A stretch of 64,000 bases of DNA from an uncultured Mucilaginibacter sp. (lineage in GTDB: Bacteria; Bacteroidota; Bacteroidia; Sphingobacteriales; Sphingobacteriaceae). Location of the stretch: assembly GCA_964657275.1 (NCBI GenBank), contig CAZZUU010000001.1, positions 55 through 64,054 of the forward strand, written 5' to 3'. The translations under genes and the position numbers were made by a program. This document shows, piece by piece, positions 1 through 10,401 of the stretch. The notes beneath the pieces were generated by a model, which had not been told where the DNA came from, made no database searches, and was given only the letters and a program-made list of their open reading frames with translations. The first letter of the stretch is position 1. Every line of letters starts with the position of its first letter.

Positions 1-84
1 GACTGCGATGTAAATTCGGCTGATGTCGCCGTCGAAACGGAGCAGCCAGGAAAAGGCGATGTAGGCCATCAGCCAGCGCAGCGC

Positions 85-369
85 CGGCGTGGTGAGGAGG
101 TAGAGCTTCGTTTACGAAATGTAACGATATCGGAGTTTGAAATAACCGGTATTGCATTGCCCGAGATCAACTTTCGCGTAGTATGCAGTAAAGGCACTTA
201 TATCCGTTCGTTGGTTAACGATTTTGGAAAAGCATTAAACAACGGCGCTTACCTTTCAAAACTAAGGCGCACCCGAAGCGGTGATTATAACATTGAAGAT
301 GCCTGGGAAATTATGGAGCTGGTTAGTTATATCAGGGAGTTGAAGATGATTTCACCGATGGTAGATTGA
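85..369 (+). CDS. truB: tRNA pseudouridine(55) synthase TruB, C-terminal part (5' truncated)
   Basis: Frame +1 reads RRGEEVELRLRNVTISEFEI...FRVVCSKGTYIRSLVNDFG...LRRTRSG, the conserved TruB CSKGTYIRSL motif; truB-ribF adjacency. The frame is open to base 1 but bases 1-84 do not look like TruB. Confidence 0.9.
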   Translation, partial: RRGEEVELRLRNVTISEFEITGIALPEINFRVVCSKGTYIRSLVNDFGKALNNGAYLSKLRRTRSGDYNIEDAWEIMELVSYIRELKMISPMVD

Positions 370-372
370 ATA

Positions 373-540
373 ATTTCGGATTTCGGATGTTCGATTTCGG
401 AATTTGAAGTATCTCTTAATCAATATTTATCGTTTAGATTGAATTTAATTTAATCCATTCCGCATCCGATAGCTATCGGATCGACATTCCTACTTCCGCA
501 TTTAAATAAATCCGAAATCGAAACTCCGAATTCCGAAATC
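373..540. repeat. Imperfect ~32-bp inverted repeat of ATTTCGG/CCGAAAT heptamers enclosing the perfect 18-bp palindrome ATCCGATAGCTATCGGAT (464-481); REP/MITE-like element
   Basis: 373-405 atttcggatttcggatgttcgatttcggaattt versus 508-540 aaatccgaaatcgaaactccgaattccgaaatc (reverse complementary). Confidence 0.8.
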
Positions 541-545
541 AAAAC

Positions 546-553
546 TACCTTTG
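546..553 (+). promoter_or_regulatory. Bacteroidota sigma-A -7 element (TACCTTTG) upstream of ribF
   Basis: Exact match to the TAnnTTTG consensus, 12 nt before the ribF ATG. Confidence 0.55.
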
Positions 554-565
554 TATTTATAGAGT

Positions 566-1495
566 ATGCATATCTACCACCATATTGATGAATTTGTCCC
601 GGTGAAAAATGCTGTGGTTACCATTGGCACTTTCGACGGTGTACACATCGGCCATCGTAAAATTTTATCGGGAATAAAGGAGCTTGCGGATAGCATCGGT
701 GGTGAAACGGTATTGCTTACGTTTTTCCCTCACCCCCGGATGATATTGCATCCCGAAGATGAAAATATAAAGCTGATCAACACGATTAACGAAAAAGCCG
801 GGTTACTGGAACAACTCGGTGTCGACCATCTCATTATTACGCCCTTTTCAAGGGACTTTTCAAATCAATCCCCTGAAGCCTATATCCGCGATGTGCTGGT
901 AAATAAAATCGGCACAAAAAGGATCGTGATCGGATATGACCACCGTTTCGGCAAAGACAGGGAAGGCGGTTTGACCGATTTGCAGCGCCTCGGCCCGGTG
1001 TATGGTTTTGAAGTAGTTGAAATACCCGAACAGGATATAAATGAAGTTGCCATTAGTTCAACACGGATAAGGACCGCGCTTTTGGCAGGACAAATTGAGC
1101 TGGCCAATTCCTTTTTAGGCTACCCGTTTTTTATTAATGGGACGGTGGTTTATGGCGACCAGATTGGCCGGAAAATGGGTTATCCCACCGCAAATATTGT
1201 TATTGGCGAAAATTATAAATTGATACCCGCTGATGGCATCTTCGCCGTGAAGGTAAACGCTGCCGGCGGAATTTATGACGGCATGGCCTACATCGGTACC
1301 CGGCCAACTTTTAGCGGCATCCGGCGCAATATTGAAGTAAATTTGTTTGACTTTGATAAGGATATTTACAAACAGCAAATACGCATGGAGTTCCATAACT
1401 TCGTGCGCAATGACATCAAGTTCTCTTCAATGGACGAATTAACGGTGCAGCTTGCTAAAGACAGGGCCGATGTAATGAGGCTGTTGGGGAAGTAG
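566..1495 (+). CDS. ribF: Bifunctional riboflavin kinase/FAD synthetase
   Basis: GTFDGVHIGH, GYDHRFG, ISSTRIR, GYPTAN, GTRPT and EVNLFDF motifs. Confidence 0.97.
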   Translation: MHIYHHIDEFVPVKNAVVTIGTFDGVHIGHRKILSGIKELADSIGGETVLLTFFPHPRMILHPEDENIKLINTINEKAGLLEQLGVDHLIITPFSRDFSNQSPEAYIRDVLVNKIGTKRIVIGYDHRFGKDREGGLTDLQRLGPVYGFEVVEIPEQDINEVAISSTRIRTALLAGQIELANSFLGYPFFINGTVVYGDQIGRKMGYPTANIVIGENYKLIPADGIFAVKVNAAGGIYDGMAYIGTRPTFSGIRRNIEVNLFDFDKDIYKQQIRMEFHNFVRNDIKFSSMDELTVQLAKDRADVMRLLGK

Positions 1496-1684
1496 TCGAT
1501 AGTCCATAGACAATTGTCATTTGGAATCATCGAGTAAAAAAGCATCCATTCATGTTACTTCGATAAGAATTGATTGCAACAACTCACTTGTATTATTTTT
1601 TGAAATTAAAGCTTGAAACTACAAAGGTTATTAAATAAATGATGCGTTTAGGTGGCATTAAGTTTCTTTATTCCTAGCGTTACC

Positions 1685-4501
1685 TTACTTCGTTTCGGGC
1701 AATAAAATTAGCTGGATCAGGTTATCGCCGCTCAGGTATTTATTAGCGGTCTCTTTTGTGGTTTCAACGGTTACATCATCTAAGCTTTTAACATAGTCAA
1801 CAATATAATCGGCGTCTTCTTTGTTTTTGCCTGCGAAAGAAAGCCGCTGAAGCCAAAAAATATTGTCCTTAAGTTTAAGCTGCATAGAGCGCTCTTCATT
1901 TGCAGTAAATTTTTTTATGTCTAGCGGTAACGCGCCATTTTGCTTTATCTTCTCTATCTCGTCCATCGAGGCTGCTATTAATTTATAAACGTTGGCAGCA
2001 CCACACGCAAATTGAACATAGAACAAATATCTCCCTACAGGAACACCAGTATAGCTGGCTTCTACGCGGGGGGCATAAACGCTTTTCTCCTGCTCACGTA
2101 AACGTTCAATAAGCTTAATCTGCAATATTTCCGCTATGGCGTTTAATTGTAATTTGTTTGGCTGGTTATACTCCATCGCGCCGTTGAAAATTAATTCAAC
2201 TTCACTCTTGTCGTCTATCCCCTTATGTATTATTTTAGTTATCTTCCCTGGTGGCGGGTTCATGTTCAAATCATTGTAAGTTTCATTACTGTGCGTAGAA
2301 GGGAGGCTGCCAATGTATTCTTTTATCAGGCCACGTATACCAATATCATCCAAATCTCCTACAAAAATGAAGGTAAAATTACTGGCATCGGCAAAACGCT
2401 CTCTATAAAAACTATACGCCTTATTCATATCAGCTGAGGTTAATTTCTCTGCCGATGGGTCTTTAGCACGAAAATTATAATTATTGAGTATGGCTCTCGC
2501 CGTATCGTCCAGAACCATAATGGGCGAATTATCTTTACTGGCTAACAATGCAATCCTTTGAGATACCTGGCCCGCCCATACTGTAGCGTCTTTTCTTGGT
2601 GCGGTAAAATACAAGTTAAGCAGCTTAAATGCGGTTTCAATATTACGCTGCGACGAACCGCCCCTTATCCCATGTACATAACCATCTATATATGGCGACA
2701 TACCCAATCCTTTGTTGGATAGTATTTTATCCAGTAAGGACTGATCAAAAGCTGCCACACCACTTTTACTTACCAGGCTGCTTGCTAATGATACTGAAGT
2801 AAAATCGGCCTCCGGTGCAAGCGAATTTCCTCCTGGGGCAAATGCTTCAAACAATATCTGCCCTTTATGAAATGACGTGTTTTTAAGGATTACTTTAGCG
2901 CCATTGCTTAAGATAAATGTTTGTGTACCGATTTTTCCATCGCTTTTATCAGATTCTATCTTGCCCGGTTTTAACTCATAAGGTAAAATGTCTATATCCT
3001 TGTCAACCTTAACCTCCTGGTAAGCATTTATTTCTTTGCCGGGGTTATTTACCCAATCCAGCAAGGTTTTTTTATCAGGCAAATGTGGAGCGTCTTTTTC
3101 CGGCGCCTCCAGCGTAATAACCCTGTTTTGATCGGATGTATATGCCTCCATCAGGGCATTAATTTCAGATAAATGAATTGTTGGCAGGTTATCCCTTGTA
3201 AGATAATACTCATACTCCAATCCCGGACAACTTTCATCCTCCAGAAAGTTACGTTCATACTCCTCAACGTAAGCCAACGAGCTCTGATTGGCCATGTCGT
3301 TCATTGCGCTCGCCCTGCCTCCCAAAAACCAGGCCTTCGCCGTTTTCAACTCTTCCTCGGTAAATCCGAATCTCTTTGCACGTTCAAGTTCGGTAATAAT
3401 TGTTTTAACAGAGTTTTCCAATTCTCCGGGTTTAGCCAGCATGCGGGTTACAAACATATCGGTATTACCTATAGATGTACCGTAGTACGCCCTTGCATTA
3501 AGAAATGGAGGGTCACCTTTCTTAATAATTTCATTGATACGCGCACTTAGCATGTAATTGAGCATATAGGAGCTTATGCGTTGCAAATATTCCGTATTGG
3601 TGCGAACCTTCGTTCCGGGAAGCCTTACCGTCATTGAGAAAGATGTGTAAGGGGTTTCCTTATCTGTTATTACTTTAACCCGCGTTCCACTAATTACCGG
3701 GATAGAATAGTCTTCCAGTTTTCGTTCGTTTGGCGGGTTTTGAAGACCTGAAAATTTTTCTTTTATCAAACGCACCACCTGCCGGGGGTTAACGTCGCCA
3801 ACAATTATAATTGCCTGCAGATCCGGCCGGTACCAGTCGTGATAAAACTTTTTCAGGGCTTCGGGCGTAAAGTTTTTAATAATCTGTTCCTTCCCAATAG
3901 GTACCCGGTAGATAAAACGCGAATAGTTCAAATCTAATTCCAACGCCGGATTATTCATCCGGCCATACGCGGTTCTTTCGCGTAGGCGGGCTTCTTCCAA
4001 TACTATTCCGCGCTCAACCTCAATCTCGGCCTGATCAAAGTTTACATACCCGGCCCAATCGTTTAATATATCAAGTCCTTTATTAAATACGTCCATGCTA
4101 TCGGTTGGCAGCGTTAATTCATATGTGGTTTGGCTGTAGCCGGTATGTGCATTTACATCGGCACCAAACTTAACCCCTGCCTTTTGAAGATAACTTACCA
4201 GCTCATCTTTAGGAAATGCCCTTGTGCCATGGAATGCCATATGCTCAATAAAGTGTGCCATGCCTGATTGATTGTCGTCTTCCTGCAATGAACCGGCCCT
4301 TTCAACCAGGTACATCACCGCACGTTTTTTGGGCGTCACGTTTTTGCGGACATAATAGGCTAACCCGTTGGGTAAAAAACCGTGAAGAATAGCGTCATCC
4401 ATGGGTTGGGCATCCGTTTTATTGGGCGTATTTTGTTGGGCAAATCCTATGCCTGATAGGGATAAAAGCAATGACAGGAGCCCTATAAATTTTAAATTCA
4501 T
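1685..4501 (-). CDS. Secreted M16 family (insulinase/PqqL-like) zinc metallopeptidase
   Basis: Signal peptide, LPNGLAYYV, inverted zinc motif HFIEH, KFYHDWYRP, duplicated M16 domains (LSNGAKV). Confidence 0.92.
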   Translation of the reverse strand: MNLKFIGLLSLLLSLSGIGFAQQNTPNKTDAQPMDDAILHGFLPNGLAYYVRKNVTPKKRAVMYLVERAGSLQEDDNQSGMAHFIEHMAFHGTRAFPKDELVSYLQKAGVKFGADVNAHTGYSQTTYELTLPTDSMDVFNKGLDILNDWAGYVNFDQAEIEVERGIVLEEARLRERTAYGRMNNPALELDLNYSRFIYRVPIGKEQIIKNFTPEALKKFYHDWYRPDLQAIIIVGDVNPRQVVRLIKEKFSGLQNPPNERKLEDYSIPVISGTRVKVITDKETPYTSFSMTVRLPGTKVRTNTEYLQRISSYMLNYMLSARINEIIKKGDPPFLNARAYYGTSIGNTDMFVTRMLAKPGELENSVKTIITELERAKRFGFTEEELKTAKAWFLGGRASAMNDMANQSSLAYVEEYERNFLEDESCPGLEYEYYLTRDNLPTIHLSEINALMEAYTSDQNRVITLEAPEKDAPHLPDKKTLLDWVNNPGKEINAYQEVKVDKDIDILPYELKPGKIESDKSDGKIGTQTFILSNGAKVILKNTSFHKGQILFEAFAPGGNSLAPEADFTSVSLASSLVSKSGVAAFDQSLLDKILSNKGLGMSPYIDGYVHGIRGGSSQRNIETAFKLLNLYFTAPRKDATVWAGQVSQRIALLASKDNSPIMVLDDTARAILNNYNFRAKDPSAEKLTSADMNKAYSFYRERFADASNFTFIFVGDLDDIGIRGLIKEYIGSLPSTHSNETYNDLNMNPPPGKITKIIHKGIDDKSEVELIFNGAMEYNQPNKLQLNAIAEILQIKLIERLREQEKSVYAPRVEASYTGVPVGRYLFYVQFACGAANVYKLIAASMDEIEKIKQNGALPLDIKKFTANEERSMQLKLKDNIFWLQRLSFAGKNKEDADYIVDYVKSLDDVTVETTKETANKYLSGDNLIQLILLPETK

Positions 4502-4739
4502 TCTGCGGTTACGATATTGTGATAATTTAGTTTGAGCGTAAATGTAAAATTATTTTTTTCGTCTGTTGAAAATTATCGCCAGTGGCCTTACAGCTTTGTA
4601 ACAACAGCAACATAAGTTCATCTGGATGAGAAGCATTTGCATAGCGTTTGGCGTGTTCATTTACTGGTTTGATTCACTTAAAAATGTCTGCTAAATTGGC
4701 AAACGTCGCAAATGCAGGGAATATTTATAACACCAAAAT

Positions 4740-5498
4740 TTATTTTACCTTTTTATATAAACGTGCCGTGATGCGCTCAATCAACCCTTTATTGATATGT
4801 CGGGCGCCAACTGCAGATAGCTTGTTTAAAAAGCCAGGGATAATTTCTGCTTTCTTGTTAAACATTCCTTGCAAACCAACTTTTGCAACTTCCTCTGCTC
4901 GCATATTAAATTTTTCAGCAAGTTCGGCTAAGGCATCCATGCCCGCGCGATGAGCAAACCCCGTGTCTGTAGGGCCCGGGCACAGGCAGCTTACCGACAC
5001 CTCGCCTTTTAATTCGACCCGTAACGCCCGGCTAAACGAAAGTACAAATGCTTTTGTAGCCGCATATACCGTGAGTGATGGAACAGCCTGGTAGGCCGCT
5101 GTGCTGGCAACATTTAAAATGTACGACGGATGCTTTTTTAGTTGCGGCAACAGGTAGTGAGTGAGTTCAACAACGATGTTGACATTAAGCTGTAACATGT
5201 TTAATTGCTGTTGTATATCAATTTGTTCAAAGCTACCCCACAAGCCATAACCTGCATTATTAACTAAAATAGAAACCGGGAGATATTTACAGAATTCCGC
5301 AATTTTTTCCGCTGCACCCGGCACAGCTAGATCAACGGCAAAATATAAGCTACCTTTAGGCAAGTCTTCTGTCAATTTTTTCAGTTCAGGTGATGAGCGG
5401 GCAACCAAAACTAATTTATATCCCTTATTTGCTAATAGAACAGCTATCTCTCTGCCTATCCCTTTACTGGCACCGGTAACTATCGCGTATGAATCCAT
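4740..5498 (-). CDS. SDR family NAD(P)-dependent oxidoreductase
   Basis: TGASKGIG, NNAG, YAATK catalytic motif, CPGPTDT. Confidence 0.93.
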   Translation of the reverse strand: MDSYAIVTGASKGIGREIAVLLANKGYKLVLVARSSPELKKLTEDLPKGSLYFAVDLAVPGAAEKIAEFCKYLPVSILVNNAGYGLWGSFEQIDIQQQLNMLQLNVNIVVELTHYLLPQLKKHPSYILNVASTAAYQAVPSLTVYAATKAFVLSFSRALRVELKGEVSVSCLCPGPTDTGFAHRAGMDALAELAEKFNMRAEEVAKVGLQGMFNKKAEIIPGFLNKLSAVGARHINKGLIERITARLYKKVK

Positions 5499-5839
5499 AA
5501 AAGCATATTAAAGTTTAACAGAGTTATAACGTACTGGTGGTTTTATGTTTTGAAAAGAACTGTAGTTCAATACAATTGGAATAGAACTTCAACAAGAATT
5601 TCAAGCGGAATATTAAACCATTCGAAAATCGGCAAGGTTGTAAATTTATCATAAATGCTATAAAAAGGTTTGTTGATCACCAACAGAAATTGAATTTCAA
5701 GCGCAAATAAAATGAGTAACAATTTTCATGTTTTTCGTGTAGTTTAAATGCCCCATTTTCGGTAAAAAACCATTATTTCCTAATTTTTATCATATTTGGA
5801 TAATTGCAAGCCTTTTTGCTTCAACTCCCAAATATGCTC

Positions 5840-8722
5840 ATGAAAAAAAATCTGGCTTTTTTAGTGACGGTTGTTTTTACTATTATATTCAATACGGGGT
5901 TTGCGCAACTAAAAAATGATAAACGCTCGCAGGGCACATGCCTGCCTGTTGACCTTAAATGTAATTATTGGGTTAACCCTTACGGGATAGACCAGTTACA
6001 GCCCAACTTAAGCTGGACAATTAAGGCCCCCGAAGGCCGGCGCGGGGTGCGACAGACTGCTTATCAAATTTTAGTGGCAACAACTGCCGGCCTGCTAAGA
6101 TCTGGTAATGGAGATTTGTGGAACTCCGGGAAAATAAAATCTGGTCAAATGCTGCAGATTGGATACGCGGGTAAGCCCTTAATAACTAATGAGCAATGCT
6201 GGTGGAAGGTAAGGGTATGGGATGACGAGGGCGGGGTATCGGCCTGGAGCCACCCCGCGCAATGGACGATGGGCGTTTTAACCCAACACGATTGGACTGC
6301 CAAATGGATAACCGCCAAAGGCGCCGAAAAATATGCGCCCGTTATGGCGCTTCCTAAAACCGATTTTGTGGCTTACCGGCAAAATAAAATAGATTGGCAA
6401 AGCAAAATGCCGTCTCCGGATGATCCTAATTTTTCATCCATGCTGGTACGTAAAGAGTTTACATCTGCCCAAAAACCGGTAAGGTGCATCGTAAATATCA
6501 GCGGCCTCGGTCAGTATGAGCTAAGAATTAACGGCAAAAAAGTAAGTGACGAACTATTTGGGCCGGGATGGTCAGGTTTTGATAAAACGGTTCTATATAA
6601 CACTTATGATATCACTAACCTGATAAGTAAAGGTAAAAACGCCATCGGCATTATATTGAGCAACGGGGTTTATAATATACAACCAGATTCGGTACGCTAT
6701 GTAAAAATGCTGAACACGTATGGCCCGCTGAAGGTTATTGCGCAATTACGGTTGGAATACGCGGATGGCTCGGTTAAAACTATCAGTACTGATGATAGCT
6801 GGAAGGTGAGCCCCGGCCCCGTCACTTTTATGAATTTTTATGGCGGTGAAGACTATGACGCCCGGCTGGAACCTTCGGGTTGGAGCTCGCCTCGTTTTAC
6901 CCTAAGCAAAAACTGGCGGAATGCCGTTTTAACAAATGATTCAGCGGCACTAAAGGGCCTTTCCTGCGCCGCGCCGCCTGTAAAGGCGATCGAAGAATTA
7001 AAGCCTGTAGGCGTTCACAAAATAAATGACAGGACATGGGTTTATGACCTCGGACAAAACACATCGGTAATGCCCAAAATAACAGTTAGCGGAAAACGGG
7101 GCGCCTACGTTCGCATCATTCCTGCGGAGCTATTAAAACCAGACGGAACGGTCGACCGGGCGTCTGCAACACAGGATGGCGTGCGGCCGGCGTGGTGGCA
7201 ATATACGCTGGATGGTAATGGCAGGGCCAATTGGTTCCCGCAATTCTTTTATCATGGCAGCCGCTACCTCCAGGTAGAATTGTTTCCCTCACCTGGCGAC
7301 AATACATTGCCTGTGCTCGAAAAATTAACTGGGGCGGTGGTGCATAGCAGCGCCGAACCTATCGGGAAATTTAGCTGTTCAAATCAATTATTCAATGGTA
7401 TTTACAACCTTGTGCGCTGGGCGCAGCGCAGTAACATGATGACGGTGTTAACCGACTGTCCGCACCGCGAAAGGATGCCCTGGCTGGAGCAATACCATTT
7501 AAATGGCCCGTCATTACGTTATAACTTTGATCTTACAAACTTGTACAGTAAAGCCATGAACGATATGGCGGACGCACAACTGGACAATGGCTTGATCCCT
7601 AACATCGCACCCGAATACTTTCATGCAGGTGAGGATTGGAAGAATAATGGGTTTCGCAATTCACCCGAATGGGGTAGTTCGTTTATCATTGTTCCCTGGC
7701 AGCAATATTTGTTTTCAGGCGATGTGTCGCTGATCAGGCGGTATTATGAGCAGATGAAACGTTATCTGGCTTTTCTGGATGCATCGAGTACAAACCATTT
7801 ACTCACCAATGGTTTAGGCGATTGGTATGATATAGGGCCGAAGCCCGCCTGGGGTTCGCAGTTAACACCGGTGTCATTCACGGCATCAGCTATTTACGAG
7901 TATGATTACGATATCATGTCGAAAATGGCACGCGTATTAAATAAAACGGGGGACGCAGACCGGTTTGAAGGCGAGCGAAAAGCCATCCGCGCCGCATTCA
8001 ATCAAAAGTTTTATAACAGCCAAACGGGTACCTACGCCACCGGATCAAATACCACATGTGCTATGCCGTTGTTTTTTAACCTGGTTGAACCCGCGAACCG
8101 CGAACGCTTGATTAAGACGTTGGTTGACAGCATTAAAAATCGCAATAACAGTTTTACATCTGGCGAAGTTGGCTATCGCTTTCTTCTAAGGAGCCTGGCA
8201 GATAATGGGTATTCGGATGTAGTTTATAGCATGAATAACCAAACCGACCGTCCGGGTTATGGTTACCAGATAAAGCATGGCGCAACCAGTTTAACCGAGA
8301 AATGGGATGCGGGTGTCGGCAGTTTTGGGTCGCAAAACCATTTTATGTCGGGCCAGATCAATGAATGGTTTTTTAACGATCTTGTGGGCATCAGTCCCGA
8401 CGAGGACAAGCCGGGCTTTAAAAGTATCGTTATCAAACCTGCTTTTGTTAAAGGGCTCGATTGGGTAAGCGGCAGCTACCGGTCGGTAAGCGGCTTGATA
8501 ACCGTAAACTGGAAACGCAGCGTGGGCACGTTATCCCTTGATATTTCTATCCCGGCAAATACTTCGGCTATTGTGTATATCCCGGTAACTCATATAAACG
8601 ATCTTACAGAAGGCGGCAAGCCCATCGCGAAAGTGGCACAAGTGACGTTACTAAAATCCGAAAACAACAACGCTATATTGAAAGTTGGTTCCGGCAAGTT
8701 TCATTTTGTCACTAAAGATTAA
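5840..8722 (+). CDS. GH78 alpha-L-rhamnosidase family glycoside hydrolase (secreted)
   Basis: N-terminal QTAYQILVA..LWNSGKI, DLGQN, TDCPHRER, GDW, GATSLTEKW, SQNHFM motifs; start placed at MKKNLAF (ORF track starts at 5804). Confidence 0.92.
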   Translation: MKKNLAFLVTVVFTIIFNTGFAQLKNDKRSQGTCLPVDLKCNYWVNPYGIDQLQPNLSWTIKAPEGRRGVRQTAYQILVATTAGLLRSGNGDLWNSGKIKSGQMLQIGYAGKPLITNEQCWWKVRVWDDEGGVSAWSHPAQWTMGVLTQHDWTAKWITAKGAEKYAPVMALPKTDFVAYRQNKIDWQSKMPSPDDPNFSSMLVRKEFTSAQKPVRCIVNISGLGQYELRINGKKVSDELFGPGWSGFDKTVLYNTYDITNLISKGKNAIGIILSNGVYNIQPDSVRYVKMLNTYGPLKVIAQLRLEYADGSVKTISTDDSWKVSPGPVTFMNFYGGEDYDARLEPSGWSSPRFTLSKNWRNAVLTNDSAALKGLSCAAPPVKAIEELKPVGVHKINDRTWVYDLGQNTSVMPKITVSGKRGAYVRIIPAELLKPDGTVDRASATQDGVRPAWWQYTLDGNGRANWFPQFFYHGSRYLQVELFPSPGDNTLPVLEKLTGAVVHSSAEPIGKFSCSNQLFNGIYNLVRWAQRSNMMTVLTDCPHRERMPWLEQYHLNGPSLRYNFDLTNLYSKAMNDMADAQLDNGLIPNIAPEYFHAGEDWKNNGFRNSPEWGSSFIIVPWQQYLFSGDVSLIRRYYEQMKRYLAFLDASSTNHLLTNGLGDWYDIGPKPAWGSQLTPVSFTASAIYEYDYDIMSKMARVLNKTGDADRFEGERKAIRAAFNQKFYNSQTGTYATGSNTTCAMPLFFNLVEPANRERLIKTLVDSIKNRNNSFTSGEVGYRFLLRSLADNGYSDVVYSMNNQTDRPGYGYQIKHGATSLTEKWDAGVGSFGSQNHFMSGQINEWFFNDLVGISPDEDKPGFKSIVIKPAFVKGLDWVSGSYRSVSGLITVNWKRSVGTLSLDISIPANTSAIVYIPVTHINDLTEGGKPIAKVAQVTLLKSENNNAILKVGSGKFHFVTKD

Positions 8723-8879
8723 TGCAGTATTCACCAGTTGCTCCAGGATTTAATAACTTTTGTATTTGAGCTTTAGAACTGTATTTTTGACAGCATGCTA
8801 TTAAGCTTTAAGACGTGCGGAACACCCCATCCAAAATCTTTAGCTAACCAAATAAACATTCAAAACCCCGAATTATAAA

Positions 8880-10301
8880 ATGAAAAAACTTACCTGCATA
8901 CTTGCGCTATTTATTTCTTTACATTCTTTCGGCCAAAAGCTAACTACTGATAACCCTTCAGTAAATGATGCTTTTCAATTAGCCGTTAGAACAGTTGATA
9001 TAAATGTTAGACGAGGGGTGCTGGCAGCAGGTGCCGATTACGGCGGTGAGTGGACACGCGACATTGCCATAAATTCATGGAACGGCGGGAGCCTGTTAAG
9101 GCCCACTATTGCGGAAGAATCATTATGGAGCGTTACCAAAAACCGCGACACCGTTGGCCACCAATACTGGGATAAAATAATATGGGTGCTGGCCGCCTAT
9201 AATCATTACGCTGTAACGGGAGATAAAGAATTTTTAAAGCAGGCTTACGCCTGCTCGGCAAAAACCATGGCCCGCATGGAAGAACAGGAGCTCGATCCAA
9301 AATTCGGCATGTTTAAGGGCCCCTCTGTTTTTAACGATGGTATAGCTGCTTATCCCGAGCCGGTTTATGACCCTACCAACCCGTCTGGAGCGTCTACCGA
9401 CCATCCCGCTACGAAACAAATTAAATGTTTGAGCACCAATTGTGTTTACTATGGCGCATACCTTGCCTTAAACAAAATGGCAGCGGCGTTAAATGTTGAC
9501 GCGCAGCAAACCGCATCTTACCTGCGCAAGGCGGCCGATTTAAAGGCCAATATTTTAAAATATTTATACAATAAAGACGATAACACTTTCAGTTACCTCA
9601 TTGATCAGAATGGCGATAAGGCTAAATACCAGGAGGGGCTTGGCATTTCATTCGCTGCCATGTTTGGCATAATCGAAGGCGAAAAAGCCAAACAACTGAT
9701 CAGCAACGCAGTGGTATCAAAATACGGGTTAACTTCGGTATATCCCACTTTCCCTCGGCACAGCGTGGAGAAACCCGGCCGTCATAACAACCTGATATGG
9801 CCTATGGTAAATGGCTATTTTGCACAGGCGGCTATCGACAGCAAAAGCTACCCGGTTTTTGATGAGGAGTTTTTTAACCTTACACACCTGGCGCTTGATG
9901 AAGACAAGGGCAATTACGATTTTAGAGAAATATACAGCCCTTATACCGGTAAACCCGAAGGCGGATGGCAATCAAACGGGCCAACTCAGTTGCAATACCA
10001 TTGGGCTTCCTGCAAGTTGCAAACATGGTCGGCTACCGCGTACATCTCCATGGTTATCCACGGATTGGCAGGAGCCCGGTTTGCAGACGAATCACTTTCA
10101 TTTCACCCCTATTTGCCAACCGGCGTGAGCTATCTGGAACTGAAGGATTTAGCTTACCGCGATTTGAAATTAAACATCATTATTAAAGGAAAAGGTAATA
10201 AGATAAAGCGCTTCGCCGTTGATGGAAAAACAGCAGCAAATAAAATAGATAACCGGCTGAAAAAAGGCACCCATAATATATTGATCGAAGTAAGTAAATA
10301 A
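8880..10301 (+). CDS. Secreted (alpha/alpha)6 glycoside hydrolase, amylo-alpha-1,6-glucosidase/MGH1-like
   Basis: Signal peptide, WTRD motif, RHNNLIWPMVNG, FREIY and QTWSA C-terminal motifs typical of six-hairpin glycosidases. Confidence 0.75.
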   Translation: MKKLTCILALFISLHSFGQKLTTDNPSVNDAFQLAVRTVDINVRRGVLAAGADYGGEWTRDIAINSWNGGSLLRPTIAEESLWSVTKNRDTVGHQYWDKIIWVLAAYNHYAVTGDKEFLKQAYACSAKTMARMEEQELDPKFGMFKGPSVFNDGIAAYPEPVYDPTNPSGASTDHPATKQIKCLSTNCVYYGAYLALNKMAAALNVDAQQTASYLRKAADLKANILKYLYNKDDNTFSYLIDQNGDKAKYQEGLGISFAAMFGIIEGEKAKQLISNAVVSKYGLTSVYPTFPRHSVEKPGRHNNLIWPMVNGYFAQAAIDSKSYPVFDEEFFNLTHLALDEDKGNYDFREIYSPYTGKPEGGWQSNGPTQLQYHWASCKLQTWSATAYISMVIHGLAGARFADESLSFHPYLPTGVSYLELKDLAYRDLKLNIIIKGKGNKIKRFAVDGKTAANKIDNRLKKGTHNILIEVSK

Positions 10302-10311
10302 GATCAATCAC

Positions 10312-10401
10312 GGAGAGATGTCAGAGCGGTTCAATGTGCCTGATTCGAAATCAGGTGTACTGTCAAAGGTACCGGGGGTTCGAATCCCTCTCTCTCCGCC
10401 A
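10312..10401 (+). tRNA. tRNA-Ser (anticodon CGA)
   Basis: Acceptor stem GGAGAGA/TCTCTCC, anticodon arm CCTGA-TTCGAAA-TCAGG, long variable arm GTAC..GTAC, GGGGGTTCGAATCCCTC T-arm, encoded CCA. Confidence 0.96.

Noticed and set aside
5596-5703. 12-bp direct repeat GAATTTCAAGCG 96 bp apart upstream of GH78
   Set aside because: Only two copies in AT-rich DNA, no candidate regulator, and not a CRISPR-like array
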